A stretch of 64,000 nucleotides of DNA from assembly GCA_964228455.1 (NCBI GenBank), contig CAXQZM010000043.1, positions 22,633 to 86,632 on the forward strand, given 5' to 3'. Numbering within the stretch: position 1 is the first letter of the stretch; every line of letters starts with the position of its first letter. Both the position numbers and the translations under genes were made by a program. The stretch comes from Alphaproteobacteria bacterium. Lineage in GTDB: Bacteria; Pseudomonadota; Alphaproteobacteria; UBA7985. Positions 39,828 to 50,059 of the stretch are shown one piece after another. A model generated the notes under the pieces. It worked only from the letters and a program-made list of their open reading frames with translations, was not told the origin of the DNA and did not search any database.

Positions 39828-40501
39828 AGTTTGGTGACTTCAATATACATAGACGGCCTACCTTCGCGTAAAGATTTTGCCTCGTATCGTGTTTGGGGCC
39901 AATCTTCTTTCCGGGTAGTCCAATCACTGGATTTAGTCGCTGTCCACTCAAATGCTGGATGGCTTAGCAACAATCGCATTATCCAGGGTTGATAATCGGC
40001 ATGATCACTCGCAACTCTTAAGATACCCCCGGGAGTTATTAGCTGCGCTAAGCGATCCAAGGTCTCATTATTAACAATCCGCCGCCGCCACTGTCTCTTT
40101 TTAGGCCAAGGGTCAGGATGAAGTATAAAAACACGGCTCAAAGAGCTGGCTGCTAAACTATCCATAACTGATCTAGCATCTCCATGATGCAATCGAACAT
40201 TGTTTAGCCTTTCGTCTTCTACGTATTTGCAAGCTCGTGCAAATCCATTTAGATAGTATTCTGCCCCTATAATTAGGGCTGAGGGATTATGTTGCGCTTG
40301 CCACGCTAGATGTTCACCTGCGCCAAACCCAATTTCAAGCCAAGTTTGTTCATAACGCTTGGAAAGACTAGTTATTTTGTTTGTTGAGAAACTATGAGTT
40401 TTTTCTATTCGCTTTAGGGCCTCATATTGCTTTGAGCGAAGTGGCCGGCCAGAATGACGGCCATATAGGTTTCTTTTATTTTCGTTACTTGTTTTCGACA
40501 T
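39824..40501 (-). CDS. trmB: tRNA (guanine46-N7)-methyltransferase
   Basis: EIGFGAGEHL SAM motif and the TrmB-specific FPDPWPKKRQ block. Confidence 0.85.
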   Translation of the reverse strand: MSKTSNENKRNLYGRHSGRPLRSKQYEALKRIEKTHSFSTNKITSLSKRYEQTWLEIGFGAGEHLAWQAQHNPSALIIGAEYYLNGFARACKYVEDERLNNVRLHHGDARSVMDSLAASSLSRVFILHPDPWPKKRQWRRRIVNNETLDRLAQLITPGGILRVASDHADYQPWIMRLLLSHPAFEWTATKSSDWTTRKEDWPQTRYEAKSLREGRPSMYIEVTKL

Positions 40502-40556
40502 AAAAAAGGAGGGTCTACAGTGCAGCCCTCCTCCTAATCTAAAAAGATCGCAGCGA

Positions 40557-40829
40557 TTAGTTCACAGCTTCCTTAAGTGCTTTTGCAGCTTTGAAGGATA
40601 CAGACTTAGAGGCTGGGATCTGAAGAGTTTCACCTGTGCGTGGGTTCCGGCCTGTGCGAGCTTTTCTAGAGGAGATTGAGAAGCTGCCAAAGCCCTTCAC
40701 AACCATGCCATCGCCAGATGATAAAGCACCCCGGAGCGCGTCAAAAACGGCTGCTGTCGCTTTTTTAGAGTCTGCCACCGTGTGGCCTGTCGCTGCAGCT
40801 ACTTTGGCTGCCAATTCTTCCATATTCAT
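40557..40829 (-). CDS. hup: HU family DNA-binding protein
   Basis: 90 aa with the HU/IHF signature GFGSF...R-x-G-RNPRTGE. Confidence 0.85.
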   Translation of the reverse strand: MNMEELAAKVAAATGHTVADSKKATAAVFDALRGALSSGDGMVVKGFGSFSISSRKARTGRNPRTGETLQIPASKSVSFKAAKALKEAVN

Positions 40830-40984
40830 GTTTCTGTTCTCCCATAAAGGTCAAGTGATTGCATATGAACGTGAATCACAGGTGAGACTCCCCGTCAATG
40901 ACTGTCTGTGGGAAAATGCACTAAAAACGCTAAAAAACGTATAAAATCAGGGATTTAGATGGCTCTGAAGCCTAAATTTTGTGG

Positions 40985-42154
40985 TTAAAGAGACTTTATG
41001 GCCCCTTCAAGCTTGGTTAATCCGTCTTTAATTTCACTTTCAGAAATATTCAGCGGGGGAAGCAAACGGACAGTTTGGTTTCCTGCGGGGACCGTTAGCA
41101 ACCCTTGTTGGCGGGCTGCTTCCACCACATCGGAAACTGCTATGTCACTTTGCACCTGAACACTTTGCATTAGCCCTTTTCCCCTGTGGCCAGAGAGAAT
41201 TCGGTTGTCCCCTCGAATGAGTGATTCCAAGCCTTTTGTTAGTATCTCACTCTTTGTTTGAACTGATTGCAAAAAATTAGGCTGATCGATTATTTCAATG
41301 ACGGCTAAAGCTGCTGAAACTGCAAGGGGGTTTCCTCCATAGGTGGTACCATGCGTGCCAGGCGCTAAGGCATCTGCCACTGAGGCGGTCATCAAAGTTG
41401 CCCCAATTGGCACACCACCGCCAAGTCCTTTGGCGCTTCCCAAGAGGTCTGGAGAAATTCCATAATCTTCATGTGCCCAGAAAGTACCCGTGCGACCAAC
41501 CCCAGTCTGAACTTCATCAACAATTAGTAAGAGGCCATAAGAGTCTGCCAGCTCGCGTGCCTCTCTGATAAAGGCGGCATCGTGGGGCCGAATACCGCTC
41601 TCACCCTGTATAGGCTCAAAGACTAGGGCGGCTGTTTTTGGACCGATTAAGGCTTCTGCGGCCGCTAAATCACCAAATTCTACTTGGAGAAAGCCGTTAG
41701 CCTTTGGTCCGAAGCCTTCCAAGTACTTAGCGCTCCCACCTGCAGCTATCGTTGCAATAGTCCGGCCATGGAAAGCGCCAGAAAAGCTTATGATTTCAGT
41801 TCGCTCGGGTTGGTTATTATGCCAGAAAAAGCGCCGCGCAAACTTGAAGCACGCTTCCATTGCTTCTGCGCCAGAGTTACAGAAAAAAACAGCATCAGCA
41901 AACGAGTTTTCAGTTAAACGGGTTGCTAGTTTCTCCTGCACTGGGATACCATAAAGGTTAGACACATGAAGGAGAGTATCTGCCTGTGACAGTAGTGCTT
42001 TAGTAAGCGCTGGGTGATTATGGCCCAGGCTGGTAACTGCGATACCACTAGAAAAATCCAGGTAAGCCTGGCCCTGATCGTCATAGACCCAGGCACCTTG
42101 CCCCTTGACGAGGTTCATTTTTCTAGGGCCATATGTTGGCGCGATTGATGACAT
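40985..42154 (-). CDS. argD: class III aminotransferase, acetylornithine aminotransferase-like
   Basis: PLP-Lys region and the aminotransferase class III fold; N-terminal pattern is typical ArgD. Confidence 0.7.
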   Translation of the reverse strand: MSSIAPTYGPRKMNLVKGQGAWVYDDQGQAYLDFSSGIAVTSLGHNHPALTKALLSQADTLLHVSNLYGIPVQEKLATRLTENSFADAVFFCNSGAEAMEACFKFARRFFWHNNQPERTEIISFSGAFHGRTIATIAAGGSAKYLEGFGPKANGFLQVEFGDLAAAEALIGPKTAALVFEPIQGESGIRPHDAAFIREARELADSYGLLLIVDEVQTGVGRTGTFWAHEDYGISPDLLGSAKGLGGGVPIGATLMTASVADALAPGTHGTTYGGNPLAVSAALAVIEIIDQPNFLQSVQTKSEILTKGLESLIRGDNRILSGHRGKGLMQSVQVQSDIAVSDVVEAARQQGLLTVPAGNQTVRLLPPLNISESEIKDGLTKLEGAIKSL

Positions 42155-42163
42155 GAGGACCCC

Positions 42164-42733
42164 GTGAAGACAAAAGATTCAAAAGTCAAAAAAATCAGTC
42201 AAACCAGGCTAAGGAATGTGGCGCTGTGGTACCTTGACCGCTTTGGCGGCACCCGCGCAAGGGTGCGTCAAGCTTTAAAGCGACGAATTCGTCAAGCAGA
42301 GGAAGTTCATGGACCGTCACCTGAGGCTAAGTCCTGGATGGATTCCATTACAGACGAGCTTGAACGCCTTGGTCTAATTAACGATGCCGAGTTTGCCGCG
42401 TCCCGGGTGCAAAGAGGATTACGGATGCATAAATCGAGGCGTGCAATAGCGCATGATCTGAAGCAAGCGGGTGTCGAAAAGCATGTCGCTGATTCGGCTA
42501 TTAGGGAGGTATTTACTAACGATTCTGAGTTAGATTTGCGCTCGGCTGCTGCATATGTTGAGCGCAAGCGAATAGGACACTTGAGGGAAAATCCTTCACA
42601 GTATTATGATAAAGACTTAGCTCGCATGGCCCGGAGGGGCTTTAGTTACGATATTTCTCGCCGCGCTCTTGTTGGAGATCTAAAAATCGAGAGGGCAAAA
42701 ACCCCTAGGGGCAGTATGCATAAACTCACATAA
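42164..42733 (+). CDS. recX: RecX-like regulatory protein
   Basis: Repeated three-helix modules; N-terminal ALWYLDRFGGTRARVRQALKRR resembles the RecX consensus. Confidence 0.5.
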   Translation: MKTKDSKVKKISQTRLRNVALWYLDRFGGTRARVRQALKRRIRQAEEVHGPSPEAKSWMDSITDELERLGLINDAEFAASRVQRGLRMHKSRRAIAHDLKQAGVEKHVADSAIREVFTNDSELDLRSAAAYVERKRIGHLRENPSQYYDKDLARMARRGFSYDISRRALVGDLKIERAKTPRGSMHKLT

Positions 42734-44241
42734 ACTAAATTAGGCCCAAAGGACGAGTATAGGGTGGGCTTTAGGGCTTTAGGGATAGATTTATCCAAGA
42801 ATCCCTGATCATTCAGCTTTAGGGTTGGAGATGCTATTCGACCTAAAGGATCAATTACTCCCGTAACGCCCGGGTTCGAAGATCTCGCGATAGATAGCCC
42901 CTCTTCAACCGCTCGAATTCTGGCTTCGGATAGGTGCTGATATGGCCCAGGTGTGCGCGCCAGAAGTTTTGATCTTGAGTCAATAAACCAAGCATCCTCA
43001 GTGATAGCCACAAGAAAGTCTGGACGGTTTCCTTGATTAACTATTCGTCCAGAGTTGAGAGAATCATAGCAGATCATGACGCCAATCTTAGGCCCTGAGC
43101 TCAAAGACAAGGTTTCAGGTCCTTCACCCGGCAACCTATTGATAAACTGGCTGGTCAATGAGTAAAAACCAAGCCAAGAAAAAAAAGACTCATATGGAAT
43201 ATATTCGCCAAACGGCACCAGCTTTACTTTGTCATAAGTGTCAAAGGCAGAGTTAGAATTATCAATTAAGTATGCAGATAGATGTGCGTTTTTGCGTGTT
43301 AGGTTGGGAACGTTATGGTCAGCCATTCGTCTGCCGAAAATTAAACTAAAAGGCACAGGGCTGAGCTCTGCAGAAATGTAATCCCTCAAGTTTGAGTTAG
43401 TGTCTAAAAAGTCTCGGGTTGACCCCTCGGGCCAAATAACGTGCGAGATGCCCTCTGTTGGACTTTTTAAACTAAGCTCCAAGTGCTGCTCTAATATCAA
43501 TGCGCCGCTTAGGGTGTTTTTCGGAATATTAGCTTGGACTAGCCGAACCCTTACATCCTCAATGAACGCTTGAGCATCTAGTGGGTTCTGCCAAAGCCGA
43601 ATGGCGCCAAAAAGGTGAAGGGGCACCAGTATGGCTGCGAGCACCCATCCGCCCAGGCGTGCGTGCTTTGAAAGCATCAGAAATAATGCACAAGTTACTA
43701 CAATAGTTATAAATGATAGCAGAGGGATTCCTCCTAGACTCGCAATTTGGAGAGTGGTTGGGTCTTCTGCCCAAATCATACCAGCTCGATTCCAACTGAA
43801 CCCGGTTAAATCGATACTTCGTCGCCATTCGAAAAACATCCAGGTGCTCGCTGTTAGTGCGGCGAATGCTATTGGAGTATGGCGAAAGAAACCCGCTATG
43901 AATAAGGCGGCTGTGCCAAATGTTGCAGCAAAGGCTGGAAGCAGAAATAAGGCAAAAGGGATCAAGAAGTAGAAGGCAGGATCAACGGTTGGCGCAATTG
44001 AAATCCAATACAGACTCGATAGCATTGAGCCATAGTTAAAGAGAAAGCTTACTGCTAACCGGCCGCGCCAGGTGGTTGAATTAAAAATATAGTAGAGTGT
44101 TAAAGCGCCCGCTAACGGCCAGAAGAAAACTACAGATAGTGGTGCAAACGAAAGTCCCGAAAATAGTCCAGCAACAAACACCAAAAAGGCACGAGAGCCT
44201 GTGCCTCTGCTATCTAGCAGTGCCTTAAAATTTTGTATCAA
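42646..44241 (-). CDS. lnt: apolipoprotein N-acyltransferase
   Basis: N-terminal multi-TM domain plus a C-terminal CN-hydrolase domain (catalytic E...K...C with VMICYDS). Confidence 0.85.
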   Translation of the reverse strand: MIQNFKALLDSRGTGSRAFLVFVAGLFSGLSFAPLSVVFFWPLAGALTLYYIFNSTTWRGRLAVSFLFNYGSMLSSLYWISIAPTVDPAFYFLIPFALFLLPAFAATFGTAALFIAGFFRHTPIAFAALTASTWMFFEWRRSIDLTGFSWNRAGMIWAEDPTTLQIASLGGIPLLSFITIVVTCALFLMLSKHARLGGWVLAAILVPLHLFGAIRLWQNPLDAQAFIEDVRVRLVQANIPKNTLSGALILEQHLELSLKSPTEGISHVIWPEGSTRDFLDTNSNLRDYISAELSPVPFSLIFGRRMADHNVPNLTRKNAHLSAYLIDNSNSAFDTYDKVKLVPFGEYIPYESFFSWLGFYSLTSQFINRLPGEGPETLSLSSGPKIGVMICYDSLNSGRIVNQGNRPDFLVAITEDAWFIDSRSKLLARTPGPYQHLSEARIRAVEEGLSIARSSNPGVTGVIDPLGRIASPTLKLNDQGFLDKSIPKALKPTLYSSFGPNLVYVSLCILPLGVFALSIFRSPTRARREIS

Positions 44242-45146
44242 GAAGCGTTGTCCGGCTTTTTCACTGGAATGATAATTAGGCGACGAATGCGGCGAGCGTC
44301 TGCTTGCGTTACTCTGAAAGAGAGACCACTGTCGTGACCAATGACCTCTCCCCTAGCAGGGACTCGACCAGCAATGTGAAAGATGAGGCCGCCGATGGTA
44401 TCGAAATCTTCCTCTCTATCGTCCTCAGTTAGAAAGTTGCCCAGATGTTCGGATTCCAGGGCATCAAGCGGATATCTTGCATCCACCATCCACGTGCCAT
44501 CATCGCGTTGACGGATGTCTGGTTTATCGGATTGATCGTGTTCATCCTCAATTTCTCCCACGATTTGCTCCAACGCATCTTCAATTGTGATCAATCCATC
44601 AACGCCACCAAACTCATCAACCATCAGAGCCATATGCATTCTGGCAGTTTGCATCTGAAACAGAAGGTCTAAAACTGGTTTGCCTGGCGAGACATACAAT
44701 GGAGACCGCATGATTTTTTTGAGTGCGAACGTGCGCTTGGTGCCCTTGAATGGAATTAAGTCCCTAACATGAACCAACCCAACTACCTTGTCTAAGCTGC
44801 CATCATAGACAGGGAGGCGCGAGTGTCCCTTTTCAAGAGCTAGATCAAAAATTTGAGATGCTGTTGCATCTAGTGGCACAGCGACGATATCTGCTCTTGG
44901 AATTGCTATATCTTCTGCCAATCGCTCTCTTAGTCTAAGAATGTTACCAATTAGGAGTCGTTGTTGGTTATCTAAGCCCTGACTTTCGTTGATATCTTCA
45001 TCACTTGCAGATGCCTCAATTAGATCTTCCAGGGATCCGCGTAAGTCATTGTTTTCATCGCGCTGAAAAACCTGGCGGCGCAGTCGCGCCAACCAGCTGA
45101 TTCTAGGTGAGGGGTCCTCTGCAGATTGTGCAATCGTCTCGTTCAT
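44238..45146 (-). CDS. corC: CBS-pair plus CorC_HlyC domain protein (CorC/YbeX family)
   Basis: Two CBS domains followed by the transporter-associated domain; 4-nt overlap with lnt. Confidence 0.8.
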   Translation of the reverse strand: MNETIAQSAEDPSPRISWLARLRRQVFQRDENNDLRGSLEDLIEASASDEDINESQGLDNQQRLLIGNILRLRERLAEDIAIPRADIVAVPLDATASQIFDLALEKGHSRLPVYDGSLDKVVGLVHVRDLIPFKGTKRTFALKKIMRSPLYVSPGKPVLDLLFQMQTARMHMALMVDEFGGVDGLITIEDALEQIVGEIEDEHDQSDKPDIRQRDDGTWMVDARYPLDALESEHLGNFLTEDDREEDFDTIGGLIFHIAGRVPARGEVIGHDSGLSFRVTQADARRIRRLIIIPVKKPDNAS

Positions 45147-45197
45147 TTATTCTTGCTAGCAGCCTGGGTGCGTGGCGCAAGGGCCATTTTGTGACAT

Positions 45198-45650
45198 TTA
45201 TAGGGCTGGTTCATAAGGATTAGGTACTCCAAATTCGTCTAGAACTTTGATTTCCAGCGCTTCCATTATTGCCGCTTCGCCCTCACTTTCATGATCGTAA
45301 CCAAGCAGGTGTAAGCTGCCATGAACAATAAGGTGCATCATATGCTGCTTAATGCTCGTATTTTGTTTCGCGCATTCGGCGCAGATGGTTTCAAAGCCAA
45401 AAATCAGATCTCCTAGCTCTTCATTTAAATCGGATGCGTACGAGAGAACATTTGTAGGGGCGTCTTTCCCCCTGTGCGTGCGGTTAAGGGTTTGCATATA
45501 ACTATCGTCTGCCAAGACAATTGTTACTAAATCGCTCGATGTTAGTCCTAGTCGGCTAGTAAGAAATTTAAAGAAATTATCTAACTCAAGCGGCTCCCAT
45601 TTTCCCGCATGGAGGTAGATTTGATACATTGAATTTTCAGAGGTGGTCAT
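45198..45650 (-). CDS. ybeY: rRNA maturation endoribonuclease YbeY
   Basis: Zinc-binding H-x3-H-x5-H motif (HLIVHGSLHLLGYDH). Confidence 0.9.
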   Translation of the reverse strand: MTTSENSMYQIYLHAGKWEPLELDNFFKFLTSRLGLTSSDLVTIVLADDSYMQTLNRTHRGKDAPTNVLSYASDLNEELGDLIFGFETICAECAKQNTSIKQHMMHLIVHGSLHLLGYDHESEGEAAIMEALEIKVLDEFGVPNPYEPAL

Positions 45651-45739
45651 ATGGACAGAAAGCGTTCATCTCAGTAATCAATGATATCGCCAAAGTTAAA
45701 CTCAGTCTATAATTTTAGAAAAACACTTGGGGGTAGCCG

Positions 45740-46699
45740 CTAGACCTTGTCGTATGCGGCAACGATACGGCCAACGAGAGCGTGACGCACCACGTCTTCT
45801 GCCTTTAGGCGAACAGTTGAAATCCCCTTCACCTCAGATAAAACTTGGACAGCTTGAACAAGTCCGGAGGTCTCGTTTTTTGGCAAATCAACCTGGGTTG
45901 GGTCGCCTGTAACAGCCATTTTTGATCCTTCGCCAAGCCGGGTCAAAAACATTTTCATTTGAGCTGGCGTAGCATTCTGTCCCTCATCCAAGATAACGTA
46001 AGCAGATTTCAGTGTTCGGCCGCGCATAAATGCCAATGGTGCAATCTCAATGCTGCCATCTTCCATGGCTTTAGCCAGCTTCTTTCCACCGAGAAGTTCG
46101 CCAAGAGCATCGTAGAGGGGCCGCATGTACGGATCTAGCTTTTCAGTCATATCGCCAGGAAGAAATCCAATTCGTTCTCCCGCTTCGACGGCTGGTCGAC
46201 ACAATATCAGACGTTTTACTTTACCCGCTTGCCAAGCAGCAACGGCAGCAGCAACGGCTAAATACGTTTTCCCTGTTCCTGCAGGGCCTATTGCAAACGT
46301 CAAATCATGTGAATCTAGGGCCTTGGTAAGTGCTACTTGACCTGGCGAGCGAGGTTTAACAGCTCCAATGCGTGCAGCGTTCGCCTGACCAAGAGGTGTG
46401 TCTGCCAATCGAATTTGTGCCTCAACCTCAGCTATTGATATTTCATCTCCCTGGGCTGCATCTCGATACAGCGCTTTTAATGCCTTCTTTGCTCGTGCAA
46501 CACCGGGCTTTGCTCCGCGAAGAGTAAGATGTGTGCCACGAACAGAGATGAAAATCTCTAGATCTTCTTCGAGGCGTGTCAGATGAGAATCATGAGGGCC
46601 GCAAACAGTCTGTAGCTGCGCAGTTTGGTCAAATGTTATGACTTCCTCTACTGATCCATTGCTCGCGCTAAGGGGGTCAAAGGCACTTTTTAGTGTCAT
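45740..46699 (-). CDS. ybeZ: PhoH-like ATPase
   Basis: Walker [10 protein letters not shown] and PhoH C-terminal blocks; 4-nt overlap with miaB. Confidence 0.85.
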   Translation of the reverse strand: MTLKSAFDPLSASNGSVEEVITFDQTAQLQTVCGPHDSHLTRLEEDLEIFISVRGTHLTLRGAKPGVARAKKALKALYRDAAQGDEISIAEVEAQIRLADTPLGQANAARIGAVKPRSPGQVALTKALDSHDLTFAIGPAGTGKTYLAVAAAVAAWQAGKVKRLILCRPAVEAGERIGFLPGDMTEKLDPYMRPLYDALGELLGGKKLAKAMEDGSIEIAPLAFMRGRTLKSAYVILDEGQNATPAQMKMFLTRLGEGSKMAVTGDPTQVDLPKNETSGLVQAVQVLSEVKGISTVRLKAEDVVRHALVGRIVAAYDKV

Positions 46700-48048
46700 C
46701 GTTCCTCTTCTATGACAACGTTGCCTTTAAGGGAATTGGGACCTGCCTCATTAATGTGGACACTTGCAATTTCCCCAATCAGTCTTTTTGGAGCCTCTAC
46801 AACAACAGACTGAAGATACGGCGACTTGCCAATTAATTGACCGGGTTTGCGACCTGGCTTGTCAAATAGCACACTCATGGTTTTGCCCACTGAACCCTGG
46901 TTAAATGCGAGCGATTGCTCACTCAACAGCTGCTGTAAAGATTGTAGACGCGCATCCATAACTTCAGGGGGCACTGGTGTCCCTTTTTCTGCAGCTGGCG
47001 TTCCAGGGCGCGGTGAGTATTTGAATGAGTAAGCGGAGGCATAACCAACTTTGGTAACTAGTGCGAGAGTTTGTGCAAAATCTTCATCAGTTTCACCGGG
47101 AAACCCAACAATAAAATCACCCGATACCGCTAGGCCAGGACGCGCCCTTTTAAGGCGATCTATTGTGGCCAAGTATGATTCTGCTGTGTGATGCCGGTTC
47201 ATTGCTTTCAAGATTTTGTCAGAGCCAGCCTGCACAGGTAGGTGTAGGTATGGCATCACTTCTGGAACACTGGAAATAGCTTCAATTAGTTCGTCGTCCA
47301 TGTCTCTTGGATGAGATGTCGTGAACCGAAGCCGTTCAATCCCTGGAATAAGAGACAATTCGCTCAAAATTCGGCCAAGACCCCACTCAACATCATTTGG
47401 CCCCAAGCCGTGATACGCATTCACGTTCTGCCCTAGCAGTGTGATTTCACGAACACCCTGAGCAGCGAGCGATTTGCATTCATCCAATATTGAAGCAACT
47501 GGTCGGGACATCTCTGCGCCGCGCGTATACGGCACTACGCAAAACGTGCAGAACTTGTCACACCCTTCTTGAATTGTTACGAACGCGGCAGTTCCATTGG
47601 TTTGAGCCGACACAGGCAGGTCATCGAATTTTGACTCACTAGGGTAGTCAATATCAATTGCGCGTTTGGCACCGTCATCTAATTCCTCCAACAAACGAGG
47701 GAGGCGATGGTAGGTTTGAGGTCCAACAACAAGCTCTACGTGGGGAGCTCTTCGCATGATCTCCTTTCCCTCAGCTTGAGCAACACAGCCTGCAACACCC
47801 ACGACCATCCGCTCGCCTTTTTTGGCCTTTGCGGCTTGCATTCGCTTAATGAGCCCAAGCTCTGAGTATACCTTTTCCGCAGCTTTCTCTCGAATATGGC
47901 AAGTGTTTAAAAGAACTAAGTCGGCATCGTTCGGGGTGTCGACCAGCCCATATCCGAGGGGAGCCAGTGCATCGACCATACGCTCACTGTCGTAGACATT
48001 CATTTGACAGCCGTATGTTTTTATGTGGAGTTTTTTCTGCAAGGCCAT
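46696..48048 (-). CDS. miaB: tRNA-2-methylthio-N6-dimethylallyladenosine synthase
   Basis: UPF0004 N-terminal YGCQMN, radical [15 protein letters not shown] domain. Start trimmed to the ATG at 48048 ([17 protein letters not shown]); the longer ORF would overlap the upstream gene by 48 nt. Confidence 0.9.
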   Translation of the reverse strand: MALQKKLHIKTYGCQMNVYDSERMVDALAPLGYGLVDTPNDADLVLLNTCHIREKAAEKVYSELGLIKRMQAAKAKKGERMVVGVAGCVAQAEGKEIMRRAPHVELVVGPQTYHRLPRLLEELDDGAKRAIDIDYPSESKFDDLPVSAQTNGTAAFVTIQEGCDKFCTFCVVPYTRGAEMSRPVASILDECKSLAAQGVREITLLGQNVNAYHGLGPNDVEWGLGRILSELSLIPGIERLRFTTSHPRDMDDELIEAISSVPEVMPYLHLPVQAGSDKILKAMNRHHTAESYLATIDRLKRARPGLAVSGDFIVGFPGETDEDFAQTLALVTKVGYASAYSFKYSPRPGTPAAEKGTPVPPEVMDARLQSLQQLLSEQSLAFNQGSVGKTMSVLFDKPGRKPGQLIGKSPYLQSVVVEAPKRLIGEIASVHINEAGPNSLKGNVVIEEER

Positions 48049-48056
48049 GATTTTAG

Positions 48057-48929
48057 TTACGCGATTCTTGCGCGCGCCATACCCCTCTTCACTGCCTTTT
48101 CGCAATAGGCAGTTAGCGCTTTGCGGTTTCCATCAAAATCGCTCAATGTTTTTGGCTCATGCCATTCAATTTGAATGGATAATTTGCCTAACCCCGCAGC
48201 TGAAAACATATGAGAAAAAAGATTGGCATCACCATACCATCCATAAAATGCTCGAAGATTGCGGTGAATTGGCAGTCCATCAAGCTTGGCAAAGGTGACG
48301 GATGCAGGCTGGACTAAAAGAGGCTCGCCGTTAATTTTGTGCTTAGCAACCGCAAGAAGCGAAGAGCGAAACGGGAGGGTGTGGGTTGTAGAATAAGATG
48401 ACCCCTCTGGAAACATTATCAAATTGTGTCCTTGATCAAAACGCTCTGTGAATTGGCGCTGTTGGCCCGAAATCGACTTCACTTGTCGATCTATATATAA
48501 AGTGTCCTGCAGTTTGGAAAGGAGGCCAAAAACTGGCCATACCTTCACTTGGTCCATCGCGACAAAACTTGCCTCTAAACATGCACCCAAGGCAGCAATA
48601 TCAAGATAAGAATTGTGATTGGTGACGAAGAGTGTTGGGCTTTTGCTGGAGGGTCTACCAACTTCTATCAAATTTACATCGAAGCACCAAAGTGTGCGTT
48701 TGTGATACCAACGGCAAAATTTTAGCCATCGGTTGCGAGCAGTAAGTTGTCGCAGCAAAACATGAATCGGCAAACAGACTAAAGTTAGAATTACGAAACA
48801 GGTAATGCGTCGCAAAGCCGTAGTTCTGGATACCAGGGATTGCCCTCTCCCGTCCTCGAAAGCTGGAGGCTTCCGCTCTGCACCTGGGTCGCTCAGGTTT
48901 TCGAATTGGTTAATTTGCCCGTCGGTCAT
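48057..48929 (-). CDS. lysophospholipid acyltransferase (PlsC-like) family protein
   Basis: H-x4-D acyltransferase motif ([10 protein letters not shown]) and an N-terminal TM anchor. Confidence 0.7.
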   Translation of the reverse strand: MTDGQINQFENLSDPGAERKPPAFEDGRGQSLVSRTTALRRITCFVILTLVCLPIHVLLRQLTARNRWLKFCRWYHKRTLWCFDVNLIEVGRPSSKSPTLFVTNHNSYLDIAALGACLEASFVAMDQVKVWPVFGLLSKLQDTLYIDRQVKSISGQQRQFTERFDQGHNLIMFPEGSSYSTTHTLPFRSSLLAVAKHKINGEPLLVQPASVTFAKLDGLPIHRNLRAFYGWYGDANLFSHMFSAAGLGKLSIQIEWHEPKTLSDFDGNRKALTAYCEKAVKRGMARARIA

Positions 48930-49033
48930 TACTGTCCAATTTAAGCTGGCTCAAATAATAGGTCTAGGGGGCGGGTGTGCAAAAAGATTAGCATTAATTG
49001 ACAAGTAGATGCTTTTTTTGCAGCGTTTTAGTG

Positions 49034-49927
49034 ATGAGATATCTACTTCCTTTTGAGTATTTCCGGGCAGTGGCGCGAGCAGGTTCAGTGCGGGGAGCTG
49101 CTGAGAGCTTGGCGTTGACACCATCTGCTTTAAACCGCCGCATACAAGATTTTGAGGCGGAGCTTGGCATTAAGCTTTTTGACCGAAGTCATGAGGGCAT
49201 GACCTTAAATGCCGCGGGGGAGCTGGTCATGGACTATGTGCATACGCAAAAGTTCGAAACGACCAAGCTTAGAGCTCAAATTAGTGACTTAAAAGGTTTA
49301 AAGAAAGGAAGTATTTCTATTGCTTGTACCCAAGCTCTTACAACCTCAGCGTTACCAACGATTTTGAGTGGTTTCAGGGTGAATCATCCATTTGTAACTT
49401 TTGACATTCGAGCGCTGCGAGGACGCCAAGAAGAAACGTTGCTGGATGCCAAAGAAATAGAATTTGCTGTATGTTTGGGGCGTCAGAGGGAGTTCCATTA
49501 CGAGTCCGTTTTTTCTGCGCCCGCTAGTATAGGAGTTGTTGTAACTGAGAGACACCGCTTATATGACCAGAAGCGTATCAAGGCAGCAGATTTAGAAGGC
49601 GAAGACCTGAGTCTGCCGCATCCAGACTTCAGGATGTATGAGGTTTTGAAAAGGTGCTTTGATGCCCGACTTTTAACAATCACCCCTGCCGTGCAAACAG
49701 ATGACTTCGGGCTCAGTCAATCGCTATCTACCCTGGATAATACCTTGTCTTTCCGCCTTATTCACCCCCTTTCAAAGGCGGGTGATCGCTCGAACTATCG
49801 ATTAATTCCTATGGATGAGAGAGACTTGCCTCCCGTCGAAATTCAAATCCTAAAGTTAAGATCAGTCCGTTTGACACCGCTCGCTGACCGTTTTCTACAA
49901 GAAATTATTAGTCATTTTAGTTTATGA
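49034..49927 (+). CDS. LysR family transcriptional regulator
   Basis: HTH region (VRGAAESLALTPSALNRRIQDFEAELGIKLFDRS). Start moved to the ATG at 49034. Confidence 0.75.
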   Translation: MRYLLPFEYFRAVARAGSVRGAAESLALTPSALNRRIQDFEAELGIKLFDRSHEGMTLNAAGELVMDYVHTQKFETTKLRAQISDLKGLKKGSISIACTQALTTSALPTILSGFRVNHPFVTFDIRALRGRQEETLLDAKEIEFAVCLGRQREFHYESVFSAPASIGVVVTERHRLYDQKRIKAADLEGEDLSLPHPDFRMYEVLKRCFDARLLTITPAVQTDDFGLSQSLSTLDNTLSFRLIHPLSKAGDRSNYRLIPMDERDLPPVEIQILKLRSVRLTPLADRFLQEIISHFSL

Positions 49928-50059
49928 TGAAGCAAGTTGATAGGTATGTTTCGGCACAACAAAAAATATTAGTGCAAGATAGGTTGCCAATTAAAGAATC
50001 TAAGTTAAGCCTGCCCCATCACTTCCTAATGAAGTGACTGAAATAGAGAGGGAGATCTT

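Noticed and set aside
46696-48105. Long 469-aa version of miaB starting at 48105
   Set aside because: It would overlap the upstream plsC-like gene by 48 nt and add a non-conserved leader ([19 protein letters not shown]). The internal ATG at 48048 gives the canonical MiaB N-terminus.
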